A stretch of DNA of 31,705 nucleotides from a virus (IMGVR_UViG_3300022862_000020:1-31705); one strand, 5' to 3'; counted from the stretch's first letter, positions 8,801 to 17,123 are shown. Notes: a model not told the origin generated them from the sequence alone. Made by a program: numbers and translations.

Positions 8801-9411
8801 CTGTTGCTGTTTTGGTTCGGCGTGAGGCGGCGAACGCGGACCTGCCAGCCAGTCGTGGCCTCAGGAAGATCGACACGGATAGACCGCTCGTAGCGTGTGG
8901 TGGTCTTGCCATCCACCGCGCTAGGGAAAACCTGTTGATACGCCCCGCCATCAGTGGACAGGTCAATAGCGAAGTCAATGCGGTAACCGCCGACATTGCC
9001 TGCATCATCTTGGCGCTGCAGGGCCGGCCAGGCGAAGCGCACGCGCACGGCAGAAAGCTGGGTATTGGTGATTGATCGAACCCATGGCGCATCGCTGCGC
9101 AGCTCGATGTTCAGCGAAGTCTCGTTCTCAACCGACGGGATCCCTGGGATATAGGTCTGATCAACTGACCCGCTGCGCCATTCCCACTTCACGTTCGGGA
9201 AGTTGATGTTGCCGCTGGCGTCGTTGATCGGGGTGTTGTCCAGAAAGATGTCGGCCGCCGTGGGAACGCCCTCGAACTCTCCCTCTCCCACAGCAATCAG
9301 CAGCTTGGCAATGTTCGTGGAGCGCAGGTTGTCGCTGGCCTCGGTAGGGGACTTCGGCTTTTTATCTCCGCCCTTCGCGCCGTGAATGTCGTTCTTGCGT
9401 GCTGCGCCCAT
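5845..9411 (-). CDS. J: Central tail fibre / host specificity protein J
   Basis: 1188 aa; GAKGG start, LRYPNTAL, WTNNPAW, FN3-like region, coiled coil, DUF1983-like C-terminus ending RVQLG. Confidence 0.95.
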   Translation of the reverse strand: MGAARKNDIHGAKGGDKKPKSPTEASDNLRSTNIAKLLIAVGEGEFEGVPTAADIFLDNTPINDASGNINFPNVKWEWRSGSVDQTYIPGIPSVENETSLNIELRSDAPWVRSITNTQLSAVRVRFAWPALQRQDDAGNVGGYRIDFAIDLSTDGGAYQQVFPSAVDGKTTTRYERSIRVDLPEATTGWQVRVRRLTPNQNSNRIADTMLIAGFTEVIDAKLRYPNTALLYIEFDAEQFTNIPAVTVKCKARKWQVPSNYDPIARTYTGTWDGTMKLAWTNNPAWITYGICTEDRFGLGKRIKAFMVDKWELYRIAQYCDQLVPDGLGGTEPRFLCDMNLQGKADAWTLLRDISGIYRGMTYWAQGQLIMQADMPRAQDFDYVFTRANVIDGKFSYGSASAKTRYTRALVSYDNPANNYDTDVIPFSDLPLQRRYGDRPTELSAIGCTRASEAQRRGKWAILSNNLDRTVTFKTGMEGVIPLPGHIIPVADSLLAGREIGGRISAAAGRVVTLDRDTQAKAGDRLIINLPGGRAEGRTVQSVAGRAVTVTVAYSEAPRAQLQWALDADDLAIPLYRVLRTKRTTEGDFEISALQYEPSKFAFIDTGARLEDRPISVIPITVVPAPASVTVASTSSVVQGLAVATMTISWPAVEGAVAYDVEWRKDSGNWIKVQRTGSTNVDVVGIYAGAYVARVRAVSAFDISSIWRNSVLTELKGKEGLPPAVSFLTATSLLFGIGLKWGFPAGAEDTQRTEIWYGPTNALENATKLADLAYPQSDYSMQSLLAGASFFFWARLVDRTGNIGPWYPVGNGVLGQASSEAGPILELIAGQIGETELSEELRGEIEKIPGLQAQIDALDGLSAYEPDEPYEVGQMVVEDGRIYQAKIPVPINTPPPNTTYWIDVGQSVETANGLAQQVATNTAEIVELDGVVTAQATAFEALRASYRDDNGEGDLNDAIDGWNSTASIAAERSVRSSEDEAFARQLVTLDAKLGKNEANITEMSQVVATSESSTATKIDQLSVKVGANSAAIQQTSEAYADTSGKLSTMWSVKMQVNANGQYVAAGIGLGIENTAAGLQSQFLVSADRFAIVNTIAGGAISVPFAVQGGQVFLRSAFIEDGSITMLKIGQALQSDNYVAGVQGWRLDKAGNLEFNGPAPGGGRLTMTNRAIKVYDQNGVKRVQLGDLSA

Positions 9412-9426
9412 GCTTTCCTCCAGGCG

Positions 9427-9449
9427 AAAAAAAACCGCCTCATGGGCGG
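9427..9449 (-). terminator. Intrinsic terminator
   Basis: Minus strand CCGCC-CATGA-GGCGG followed by T8. Confidence 0.7.
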
Positions 9450-9468
9450 CCTGCTTGCTGCGGTCGGG

Positions 9469-10059
9469 TTACTGCTTGTCTTCGGCGTAGATGGACGCGG
9501 AAATGATCATCCCGCCCCACCGGCGCTCACCGATGCAGATCGGCACGGGGTTGCCGCTGGCGGTGGTATTCTTGGCGCTGCCGAAGGCGTAGGACGGGGC
9601 GTTCTCGGGACCGGCACTTTGCTTGAGGCCTGATGCCTGGGGGCTGAGCATCTGGATTACGCCGCCGGCGACGAGGGCAATGCCCACTGGTGCCAGAGCC
9701 TGGAATCCAGGGATGAACGATGCAGCAATCAGCACAGCCCCGACAATTGTCTGGAGCAAGCCTGCCCGCTTGCTACCCGAGATAACCGGAACAATCCGAA
9801 CTTCCTCGGCGCCACCTAGGGCGAATTCCTTCTCCGCGACATTCTTCCGGTTGCGAAAGATCGCAAACCGCATGCCCCGTCGCTCCAGATCCTTGATTGC
9901 CACATCGAAGCCTTCGAGCGTGTACTTCAGGGCCTTGAACGCCTCACCGACCGACTTGCTGCCAAGTTCACGGCGGTGGACCCGGCCAAACAACTTGATC
10001 AGCGGCCCCGACAGCAGGATGGTGGTCATTGTTTGATGGCTGCAGCTGATCGCTGACAT
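9469..10059 (-). CDS. I: Tail assembly protein I
   Basis: VRIVPVISGSKRAGLLQTIVGAVLI, SYAF, GNPVPICIGERRWGG: lambda gpI-like. The start could be at MTTILL. Confidence 0.92.
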   Translation of the reverse strand: MSAISCSHQTMTTILLSGPLIKLFGRVHRRELGSKSVGEAFKALKYTLEGFDVAIKDLERRGMRFAIFRNRKNVAEKEFALGGAEEVRIVPVISGSKRAGLLQTIVGAVLIAASFIPGFQALAPVGIALVAGGVIQMLSPQASGLKQSAGPENAPSYAFGSAKNTTASGNPVPICIGERRWGGMIISASIYAEDKQ

Positions 10060-10076
10060 GATTTTCTCCGGGTATG

Positions 10077-10098
10077 AAAAAGCCGCCCGGAGGCGGCT
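10077..10098 (-). terminator. Intrinsic terminator closing the lipoprotein moron
   Basis: Minus strand AGCCGCC-TCCG-GGCGGCT followed by TTTT. Confidence 0.75.
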
Positions 10099-10116
10099 CG
10101 ATGTACTTGATTCGAT

Positions 10117-10464
10117 TTACAGACAGCCTCTCACCGCCTGTTCCATATCGGCCCGCCCATATCCAGGGGCCCAGGCCATGCGCTGGTACAGCTTTACAGC
10201 GCTGCCCTTTGACGTCTTGCGGATGCTTAGCAATTCGTCGGTCATGTTGTTGGTCGCTGCGATGAGTCGGTAGCCATACTCCGTCTCGGACATGGTCACG
10301 TCACTGCGTGCGTCCTGCCATCTCGGGAGGACGCATAGCGCGTAACGCTTCGGGTCCTTCGCCGAGCTGACCGAGATGCTAGGGTCTTTCGACTCCAAGT
10401 CGCCAGGGGAGACGCACCCAGCCAAAACAGACACGCCCAGCACTAGAACAAAAGCTTTAATCAT
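10117..10464 (-). CDS. Small lipoprotein (115 aa)
   Basis: GAGGAGG RBS; MIKAFVLVLGVSVLAGC lipobox; two further Cys. Confidence 0.8.
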   Translation of the reverse strand: MIKAFVLVLGVSVLAGCVSPGDLESKDPSISVSSAKDPKRYALCVLPRWQDARSDVTMSETEYGYRLIAATNNMTDELLSIRKTSKGSAVKLYQRMAWAPGYGRADMEQAVRGCL

Positions 10465-10474
10465 TACCCCCTCC

Positions 10475-11056
10475 TCACTGGAACTGCTCAAAAACGTACC
10501 GGTTATTGGAAGGAGTAGGCTTTGGATAGGCCTCCTGCCAATCACGAGCATAGGATGGGAAGCGCTCTATCGAGGCAATTTTCCAATTATCTGTCGACTT
10601 CCCTCTTTCAAGAGTGTACCGATAACGCTCGCCTGCCTCTTTGGCCTTTCTGTCAGACTCGTCCATCTCCGCACCAGGATCAGCCGGTTCGATGTTCCGG
10701 ATAACGGCACTGACAACGGCACGCGTTTCGGACTCCACATCCACCTTGGCTATCTTCCTTTCGTACGAATCCGTCACGGAGCAGTCAGTTCGAAAATGGA
10801 GAGAATCCGCTGCAAGCTCCCCGAGTTTTTCGTCCTTTGGGCCAATCATCTTCATGTATTCGGCGCAGATCTCACGATCCAGTCGGATTCCAGCATCTTT
10901 CACGGCCCACCAAGATTTCACCGCCGCATCTGGTGAGTTGGCCGCAATTTGTAAGTCCTTAATATCCTTTGTGGCTTTTGCCAGGCCAGCAGGCTTACTT
11001 TCATCTAAACAGCCAGCCAGGGATATGGCTAAAGCCACGCCTACGAACAATCTCAT
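10475..11056 (-). CDS. Lipoprotein of unknown function (193 aa)
   Basis: AGGAG RBS; MRLFVGVALAISLAGC lipobox; SPDAAVKSWW...WKIASI pattern suggests an NTF2-like fold (inference). Confidence 0.8.
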   Translation of the reverse strand: MRLFVGVALAISLAGCLDESKPAGLAKATKDIKDLQIAANSPDAAVKSWWAVKDAGIRLDREICAEYMKMIGPKDEKLGELAADSLHFRTDCSVTDSYERKIAKVDVESETRAVVSAVIRNIEPADPGAEMDESDRKAKEAGERYRYTLERGKSTDNWKIASIERFPSYARDWQEAYPKPTPSNNRYVFEQFQ

Positions 11057-11196
11057 GGGGTCACTCCTGTGGAAGATGGCGACAAGATATCACCCCACAA
11101 GCTGTCTGGGCATCCAGCGTGGACGAAAGCCCAGTAACTGGATTGGATCCGATAGTAGTAGCGTTATGCCGCCTAACTACCGCACAGGAGGCCTGT

Positions 11197-11448
11197 ATGG
11201 CATTCGTTACGGAAGAAACAAAGAAATATATCGTGACCACTGATAAGCCGAAGAATGACCATTGGACACATATCTACGGGATCGGACAAAAAGTGCCTGT
11301 GTCTGGCATTTATCGTTGCTATCACTGCGGTGATGAAATCACTTCAAACGCAGGTGACCCGTTCCCACCGCAAAACAAAAATCAGCACCAATGCCAGGGA
11401 AAGCCCGTGCAATGGGAGCTGATCGTCAGAACACAAACCAAAGCCTGA
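11197..11448 (+). CDS. YjzC-like small zinc-ribbon protein (83 aa)
   Basis: AGGAGG RBS; GQKVPVSGIYRCYHCGDEI...GDPFPP...C...W pattern. Confidence 0.75.
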   Translation: MAFVTEETKKYIVTTDKPKNDHWTHIYGIGQKVPVSGIYRCYHCGDEITSNAGDPFPPQNKNQHQCQGKPVQWELIVRTQTKA

Positions 11449-11542
11449 ACAAGCAAATCCGGAATTCCCCCAGCCCTTTGCCTGCAAACCCAAGGACTGG
11501 GATTGCGCCAATTTCGGCGCGGACAACGCAAGGAAAAGAAAT

Positions 11543-11788
11543 ATGACCAATCTAACTGCAGAGCAGCGCATAAGTGATCTTGAGCTCGTCCTTAAAACTG
11601 TGATCATTTTCAACACGAATGCCATTGCAACGCTGAGCCGGAGAGTCACTGAGGGAAATCCCGCAATTGCTACTGTGCTGGCTGATGATCTGGCCGCCCT
11701 TAAATCGAACACTTACATCAGTATTGATAAGGGCTTATTTGACGGCTATGTCGATAGCCTCATAACCATTATCACTGGGAAGCCTTGA
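11543..11788 (+). CDS. Hypothetical helical protein (81 aa), antisense to the late operon; candidate defence effector
   Basis: AAGGA RBS; AT-rich codon usage; N-terminal heptad AEQRISDLE; its 3' end overlaps the convergent ORF. Confidence 0.7.
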   Translation: MTNLTAEQRISDLELVLKTVIIFNTNAIATLSRRVTEGNPAIATVLADDLAALKSNTYISIDKGLFDGYVDSLITIITGKP

Positions 11789-11948
11789 ATCCAGCGGCGA
11801 TGATCTGGCCCTTCGCATTTTCTTTCATCAAAACTTCCCAGTTTTGAGACAGGGCCGACCGACCATCCTCATGGCGCGCATTGTCGCGGATTACAGCGCC
11901 GACAATGCGCGCCTGCCCATCAGCAGTAACCTCAAAAGGCTGGTTCAT
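11772..11948 (-). CDS. 58-aa protein resembling the gpJ C-terminal (DUF1983-like) region in permuted order
   Basis: CAGGAG RBS, 25 bp after the gpK stop. LSQNWEVLMKENAKGQIIAAG matches gpJ LSTMWSVKMQVNANGQYVAAG at 12/21 positions. Confidence 0.7.
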   Translation of the reverse strand: MNQPFEVTADGQARIVGAVIRDNARHEDGRSALSQNWEVLMKENAKGQIIAAGFKASQ

Positions 11949-11973
11949 ATGGTTCTCCTGCGGCCCTGCCGCT

Positions 11974-12738
11974 TCATGTGGTTGGTTGTGCATCTTTGTG
12001 CCTGAGGATCAGGCGTGCTCTGTCGAGCCATGGGCCACCGAAAACGATAATTTCGCTCGGGCGCCCATACAGGTGGTGCAGCAGAAAAGGCCCGGGGCCG
12101 AAGGTCTCGCCCTCCTCGCCAGGTAGCGAAGGATCGACACCGAGGAATATGCCGGCATGGTTCGGGTGAACCGTCCGCCCCACCTCCATGACGACCATGT
12201 CGCCGCGCTGCGGCTGGTCAACCCGGTAGAATCCGGCGGCTTCGTAGTTGGCCTCGTACAGGCTCGTGTTGTCCTTGCTCTCCCACCAGCCGTCGGCGCG
12301 CTTGAAGGCTTCGAACTCAAGACCCCATTCGCGCTTGTACCAGTCGGCGCAGACCTGCCAGCAGTCCCATGCGCCATGGACGAATGGCCGCTTCAACAGC
12401 GGCGTTTCGCCCTTGGGCACCACCGTCCGCAGGTCGCCCTCCGGCCAGCTCAGGATGTGCCAGGGCAGCTCTGTCGCTTCGCACATCGCCAGGTCGCGCG
12501 GCGATGGCCGGCTGGTGGCGTCAGGGTGGGAGTGAACGACACCGATCACCTCGCCCAGGTCTTCCGCTGCGGCGTATTCCTCGGGATCGATGCGAAATTC
12601 CTCGTTCGGCTCGGTCGCGGTGTTCCTGCATGGTAAGTACTGCTGCTTTCGGCCCACGGCCAGCAGCAGCCCGCAGCACTCCTTCGGGTACTCGGCCGCC
12701 GCGTGCGCCTGGATCGCGCTCAAGATGTGTTTGCGCAT
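11974..12738 (-). CDS. K: Tail assembly protein K (JAB + NlpC/P60)
   Basis: YPKECCG, VVHSHP...S..D JAB motif; DCW and HAGI...LHH NlpC motifs. Confidence 0.95.
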   Translation of the reverse strand: MRKHILSAIQAHAAAEYPKECCGLLLAVGRKQQYLPCRNTATEPNEEFRIDPEEYAAAEDLGEVIGVVHSHPDATSRPSPRDLAMCEATELPWHILSWPEGDLRTVVPKGETPLLKRPFVHGAWDCWQVCADWYKREWGLEFEAFKRADGWWESKDNTSLYEANYEAAGFYRVDQPQRGDMVVMEVGRTVHPNHAGIFLGVDPSLPGEEGETFGPGPFLLHHLYGRPSEIIVFGGPWLDRARLILRHKDAQPTT

Positions 12739-12740
12739 GG

Positions 12741-13490
12741 TCAGCTCCGGGCGATCAGGGAAACAGCAGGGAATCCGCCGTGTGGCAGAGGGTTGCCCTC
12801 ACCGAAGCGCGGGATACAGCCTCGGCCCAAGGTGGAATCGCACTCGTCCAGTTCAGGGTTGTCAGTGACTACACCGTCCTTGGTCACGTAGGGCCCGGTG
12901 TAGCCGCAGTTGGGCCCCCGGTACCCGCCGGTGAGGCACCAGTGACAAAGCGTCGTAGCCTGGCGGCCGATGGACTCGCCGCCCACGTCGCCCGGGCTGG
13001 CAAGTTCCCAGGTAACCGTCTCCCCGTCTTCGTTCGTCTTCTGGTCGATATACCAGACCTCGATCGTCTCCTGGGTTGGGTCTGCCTGCGGGTTGCCGCC
13101 AGGGAAGTTCTCGGCATCAAGGTATGTGCCCAACGTGTGGCGCATGGTTAGCTTGAAATCCACCAAGTCCTCAAATGCGAGGCAAAGAGCAGTAATTCTC
13201 CCATTGACGTTACCCACCGAAAGCGTGGGCCGTACAGCAGTGCCATCGCCATTCGCTTCAAAACCATCGGCCTGCATCGGCCAGGCGCTGTATTCGTTGC
13301 CTTGCCAGTAAATTGGCTTGGCCGGCAGCTCATCGGCCGCGGAGCCGGCGGCAATCAGCTCGGCCGCCGTGTGCGGTATCGCGTGCCCGTGGAAACGCAA
13401 CACGTCCGCGCCGTAGTCCGACCCGTCCAATTCGAAGAGCAGCACTTCGCTGCCGGGCTCGAGGACCTGGATGTCACTGATCAGCGGCAT
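12741..13490 (-). CDS. L: Minor tail protein L
   Basis: C-terminal CHW...YRGPNCGY...DEC...C..RFG...GGFP Fe-S-type motif. Confidence 0.95.
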   Translation of the reverse strand: MPLISDIQVLEPGSEVLLFELDGSDYGADVLRFHGHAIPHTAAELIAAGSAADELPAKPIYWQGNEYSAWPMQADGFEANGDGTAVRPTLSVGNVNGRITALCLAFEDLVDFKLTMRHTLGTYLDAENFPGGNPQADPTQETIEVWYIDQKTNEDGETVTWELASPGDVGGESIGRQATTLCHWCLTGGYRGPNCGYTGPYVTKDGVVTDNPELDECDSTLGRGCIPRFGEGNPLPHGGFPAVSLIARS

Positions 13491-13499
13491 GATTGCCCC

Positions 13500-13838
13500 T
13501 TATGGTTGGAAGGCCCGTTCGAATGTGGCCGTGATCTTGAAAACTCCGCCCCCCACTGGGGTTGGAACGGGATCGACGCAGATGAACAGACCCAGCTCGC
13601 CGAGCGGGGTTGTCCAGAGGAAGGCTTTCGCGCCGGCATGCCGGTCGATGAACGCCATGATCTCCAGAACCCGAGCCTTCGAACCGCTGAAGGTGATCGG
13701 GTAGGAGTCTTCCTTGTTGTTGGGGCCGTCGGCGGCGATTTGCTTGTAGCCGTCGCCGAACTGCGCCGTCCTTACCCTGTAGGTTATCTCTGGCGAGTCG
13801 CCATGCTGGGTGGGCCAGGTAAATGTCTCGATAGCCAT
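13500..13838 (-). CDS. M: Minor tail protein M (distal tail)
   Basis: AQFGDGYKQ, FIDRHAGAKAFLWTTP motifs. Confidence 0.93.
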   Translation of the reverse strand: MAIETFTWPTQHGDSPEITYRVRTAQFGDGYKQIAADGPNNKEDSYPITFSGSKARVLEIMAFIDRHAGAKAFLWTTPLGELGLFICVDPVPTPVGGGVFKITATFERAFQP

Positions 13839-16798
13839 CAGGCCCTCCCATTGACGTTGCGGAAGCTGGTGCCGCCAGCGCGCCAGGAATCAGCGACTGC
13901 TTTTTCCGCCACGGACTGCATCTGCGACTGAAGACTCTTCGACAAGGCCTGCTGGTCGATCTGCATCCCTTCTGAGCTCCGATCTTGGGTGACAACGGTC
14001 ACAGGCGCGTTGATGCTGATCGCGGTGCCAGAGCCACCTCCAGTGAGTGCCCTCACTCCCAATTGGCCGCCGGCCGTGCGGGTCAGCGGCATAATCGCCT
14101 CCTCCCCTGCCTCACCCATAACCCCGATCCCGCCGCCGGCCATGCCGAACGCTGTCGGCTTGCTGACGATAGAGTTGGCAAAGGCAGCGCCGCTGGCGAA
14201 CATCTGCACGCCGCCCGACCAGGCGCCGCCCTTGGCCTGAATGCTTCCCGGGGTGAAGCCCGATAGGTCACCGGAGTACCCGGCCTGGGTTGAGCCGGCA
14301 GACGACGCACCGCCACCTCCAAACCAGGCCCCAAGAGCACTGCCTGCAATGCTGGAGAGCAGGCCGGAAGCAGCCTGCCTGGTCGCGATGCGCGCCATAT
14401 CGGCCAAAATGGACTTGGTGAAATCAGCAAACGAGAATTTCCCGGTCATGGCGAAATTGACGACCGCGTCTTCCATGGAACTGAAGGCATTGGTGAACAG
14501 GTCCCGGGTTTGCCCGGCCACGTTCCGCGCGCTTTCCAGGTAGTTACTGAATGCCGAGGTGGCACCCTTGCGCCAGTCGCCTTGCGCCGCCGACATCTGC
14601 TCATAGTTGCTGAGCACTGTTTCGCTCAGGTCCTTCTCGCTTTTGTTGATGGCGTCCAGCTTGGCCTGGTATTCCTCGGCGCTCATGTTGCGCGCCTGGC
14701 CGGCCTTGTCGCGGGCCAGATCCAAGCGTTGCTGGTTAGCCCGGTCAGCAATCCCGTTCAGTTCGCCGTTGATGGCGTTCTCACGGTCACCCCGGCCCAC
14801 ACCATCCGCTGCACGGCTCCCAGCACGCCGCAGGGCGACGTTCTGCTGGTCGAGGGCATCGGTGTAGGTCTTGATGGCCTGGGCTTGCTTGGCGAGCCGC
14901 CCCTGCTCGTTGGTGGCGATTACTTCGAGCTCGCTGTCAGCCTCCTTCTGTGCCTTGACCATGTTGGCCCGGGCGTCGGCGATCTTCTGGTCCAGCTGAA
15001 TGCGCTGGGCCGCCGATGTGCTGGCCTTGCCCTTGGATGCCTCAAGCGCTGCGATCTCGGCCTCATAGGCTGCTGTGACCTCGTCGCGCTCGTTGCCGAT
15101 CAGGGCTTGGCGCTTGAGCAGATAGTCTTCTTGGGTGACCAGGCCGGCCTTCTGCGCCGCCTCAAGCTCCTTCTGGGCGTTTTTGTACTCGCCAAGGATC
15201 GCCGACAGTTGATTCTTCGAGTCGTTGAACCCGGTCAGGTTGACGGCCGAGGTCGGCGCCTTCGGATCCTTGTTCTTGTCACGGATGTTCTGGATCGTCT
15301 TCTCGACGACGTCAGGCTGCACAAGAGGGTCGTTGGCGTTGGCCTTGCGCAGCGCCTCGACGTCCCGCTTGTACTCCTTGATCAGCTTGTTGCGCTTCTC
15401 CTCGTTGGTGAGGTTGGAATCGCTGATCGCCTTCAGGCGGGTACTCGCGTCGATGCCGTCGCGCTGGATCTGCGCGTTCAGCCCCTGAGCCTTGGCTATG
15501 GCGTCCTGGGTGTTCTTCTGCTGAGTCAGAAACTCAAGCTCGAGCCTGGAATTCTTCAGCTTTTCCTGAGCGTCCGTATCGCTGGGGTCGCCGTTGACCA
15601 TGCTCTGTGCGGCAGCAACGCGCTGCTGAGCTTCTGTTATCCGGCTCGCCAGCGCCTGCTCCCGGCCGATGTCCTTAACCGCGTCTGCGGTTGCAGAGAT
15701 CTCGCCCTTCAGGCTCTTCCATCCCCGCTCCCACACCGAGAGGTTTTCCATCACCTCGCTGCTGCGGTTTTTGATGGTGTCGACGTAGGTGTCGGTCAGC
15801 AGCTTGGCTGCGCCGATCGTGTCGCCCTGAGACTTGAGCGCGACGATCTGCGCGTAGGTGCTGGCCGTGAGGAAGTTGTACTGGTCGTTCAGCTCCTTGG
15901 CTGCTGCAACCGGGTCCTTGCCAATCTTCACGAACTCGGCGATGGTTTCCTCTACCGCCCGACCGGTGGCTTTCTCCATTTCCAGCGCCGCTTCGGTGAT
16001 GCCCTCGAAGCTGCCGCTGGCGATCTTGCCGGTGCCAGCCAGTTTCGCCAATACATCGGCGGCCGCGCCTGTGGTACCCACCGTGGCCGCAACCTGGCGC
16101 GCCATGTTTGACAGGGAGTCGACAGTGGTCCCAGCGGCATTCCCGGTGAGAATCAAGCCCTTTTGGAATTCGACGGCCTCTTCGCTGCCAGCGACATAGG
16201 CATACGTCAGCCCTGCTACGGCCGCTGCTGCCACGGTGAACGGATTGACCAAGCCCAGGATGTAGCCGCCCATGGCCCGCACGGCAGGCCCGATGCCGCC
16301 GAACATATCCTTGAGTTGGCCGCCCTGCTGTAGCAGAACAGTCAGTGGGTTCTGACCGCCCTGCAGCGATACGGCGATGTCGGTGAATTGCGCGGGCACG
16401 CCACGCAGCGCATTGGCTGTCTGCTTGGCGGTGTTGCCGGTTCGGGTCAGGGAGTCATCGAAGCGGCCCAGATTCGTCCGGGACTGATCGATCTTGGCCT
16501 GGTATTCGCTGAAGGTCGAAGCATCCAGCGCACCGAGCTTTTTCTGCTTCGCCAGCTTGTTTTCGAGTTCGTCCAGCCGGCCCAGGGCTTTAACCGTCGG
16601 GTCGATCTCGCCGAGCAGGTCGGAAAGCTCGTCCTTCTGCTTCTTGATCGAGGCAGACGCCTTGTCAGCGCCCTTTGAAACACCCTCGGCGGCCTTCTCG
16701 GCCCTGGCGCCAGCCGCAGTCAGCTTGTCGAGGTCGGAGCTCGCCTGCGCAGCATCGGTCGAATCGACCTTGATGCCGAGTTCAGCAATAGAAGTCAT
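13838..16798 (-). CDS. H: Tail tape measure protein
   Basis: 986 aa, Ala-rich; QFTDIAVSLQGGQNPLTVLLQQGGQLKDMFGG and MGEAGEEAIMPL lambda-type motifs. Confidence 0.95.
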   Translation of the reverse strand: MTSIAELGIKVDSTDAAQASSDLDKLTAAGARAEKAAEGVSKGADKASASIKKQKDELSDLLGEIDPTVKALGRLDELENKLAKQKKLGALDASTFSEYQAKIDQSRTNLGRFDDSLTRTGNTAKQTANALRGVPAQFTDIAVSLQGGQNPLTVLLQQGGQLKDMFGGIGPAVRAMGGYILGLVNPFTVAAAAVAGLTYAYVAGSEEAVEFQKGLILTGNAAGTTVDSLSNMARQVAATVGTTGAAADVLAKLAGTGKIASGSFEGITEAALEMEKATGRAVEETIAEFVKIGKDPVAAAKELNDQYNFLTASTYAQIVALKSQGDTIGAAKLLTDTYVDTIKNRSSEVMENLSVWERGWKSLKGEISATADAVKDIGREQALASRITEAQQRVAAAQSMVNGDPSDTDAQEKLKNSRLELEFLTQQKNTQDAIAKAQGLNAQIQRDGIDASTRLKAISDSNLTNEEKRNKLIKEYKRDVEALRKANANDPLVQPDVVEKTIQNIRDKNKDPKAPTSAVNLTGFNDSKNQLSAILGEYKNAQKELEAAQKAGLVTQEDYLLKRQALIGNERDEVTAAYEAEIAALEASKGKASTSAAQRIQLDQKIADARANMVKAQKEADSELEVIATNEQGRLAKQAQAIKTYTDALDQQNVALRRAGSRAADGVGRGDRENAINGELNGIADRANQQRLDLARDKAGQARNMSAEEYQAKLDAINKSEKDLSETVLSNYEQMSAAQGDWRKGATSAFSNYLESARNVAGQTRDLFTNAFSSMEDAVVNFAMTGKFSFADFTKSILADMARIATRQAASGLLSSIAGSALGAWFGGGGASSAGSTQAGYSGDLSGFTPGSIQAKGGAWSGGVQMFASGAAFANSIVSKPTAFGMAGGGIGVMGEAGEEAIMPLTRTAGGQLGVRALTGGGSGTAISINAPVTVVTQDRSSEGMQIDQQALSKSLQSQMQSVAEKAVADSWRAGGTSFRNVNGRA

Positions 16799-16808
16799 GC
16801 GGGCTCCG

Positions 16809-17123
16809 TTATTTCGATTCGCTCATCACGAGCATGGCTTCTGCTTCCATGACGCGGATGTCGTGGAAGGCCTGGGTGAGTTCGCGCCGCTTTATGCCCA
16901 GCATGCTGGCGACCGGTGGTAGCGCGTTGTAATCCAGGCCAGAGGCCCCGCCCATACCGGTGCGCCACTGAGTCGACATCGCCTCGAAGAGCAGGAACGC
17001 CGACCAGTTGTCTGGCCAGACGTCGTACTCAACGGGTGGGATGTCTGCCAGGGTCATGCCGAAGGCTGCCAAGTCCGCTTCGGACGGCCCCTGCTCGTAC
17101 AGGATGCGGGCGGCGCCGGTCAG
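16809..17123 (-). CDS. Tail assembly chaperone T segment (expressed as GT by -1 frameshift)
   Basis: VWPDNW...TQWR.G..G..GLDY...IRVMEAEA (DUF1799-like); the frame is open across the G stop codon. Confidence 0.85.
   Translation of the reverse strand: MTGAARILYEQGPSEADLAAFGMTLADIPPVEYDVWPDNWSAFLLFEAMSTQWRTGMGGASGLDYNALPPVASMLGIKRRELTQAFHDIRVMEAEAMLVMSESK

Noticed and set aside
3024-9411. Diversity-generating retroelement or invertible tail fibre cassette
   Set aside because: No reverse transcriptase, invertase or duplicated fibre segment seen in the window.
14510-16111. 533-aa + strand ORF
   Set aside because: Antisense shadow of the tape measure gene, expected from high-GC codon bias; no RBS or recognisable motifs.
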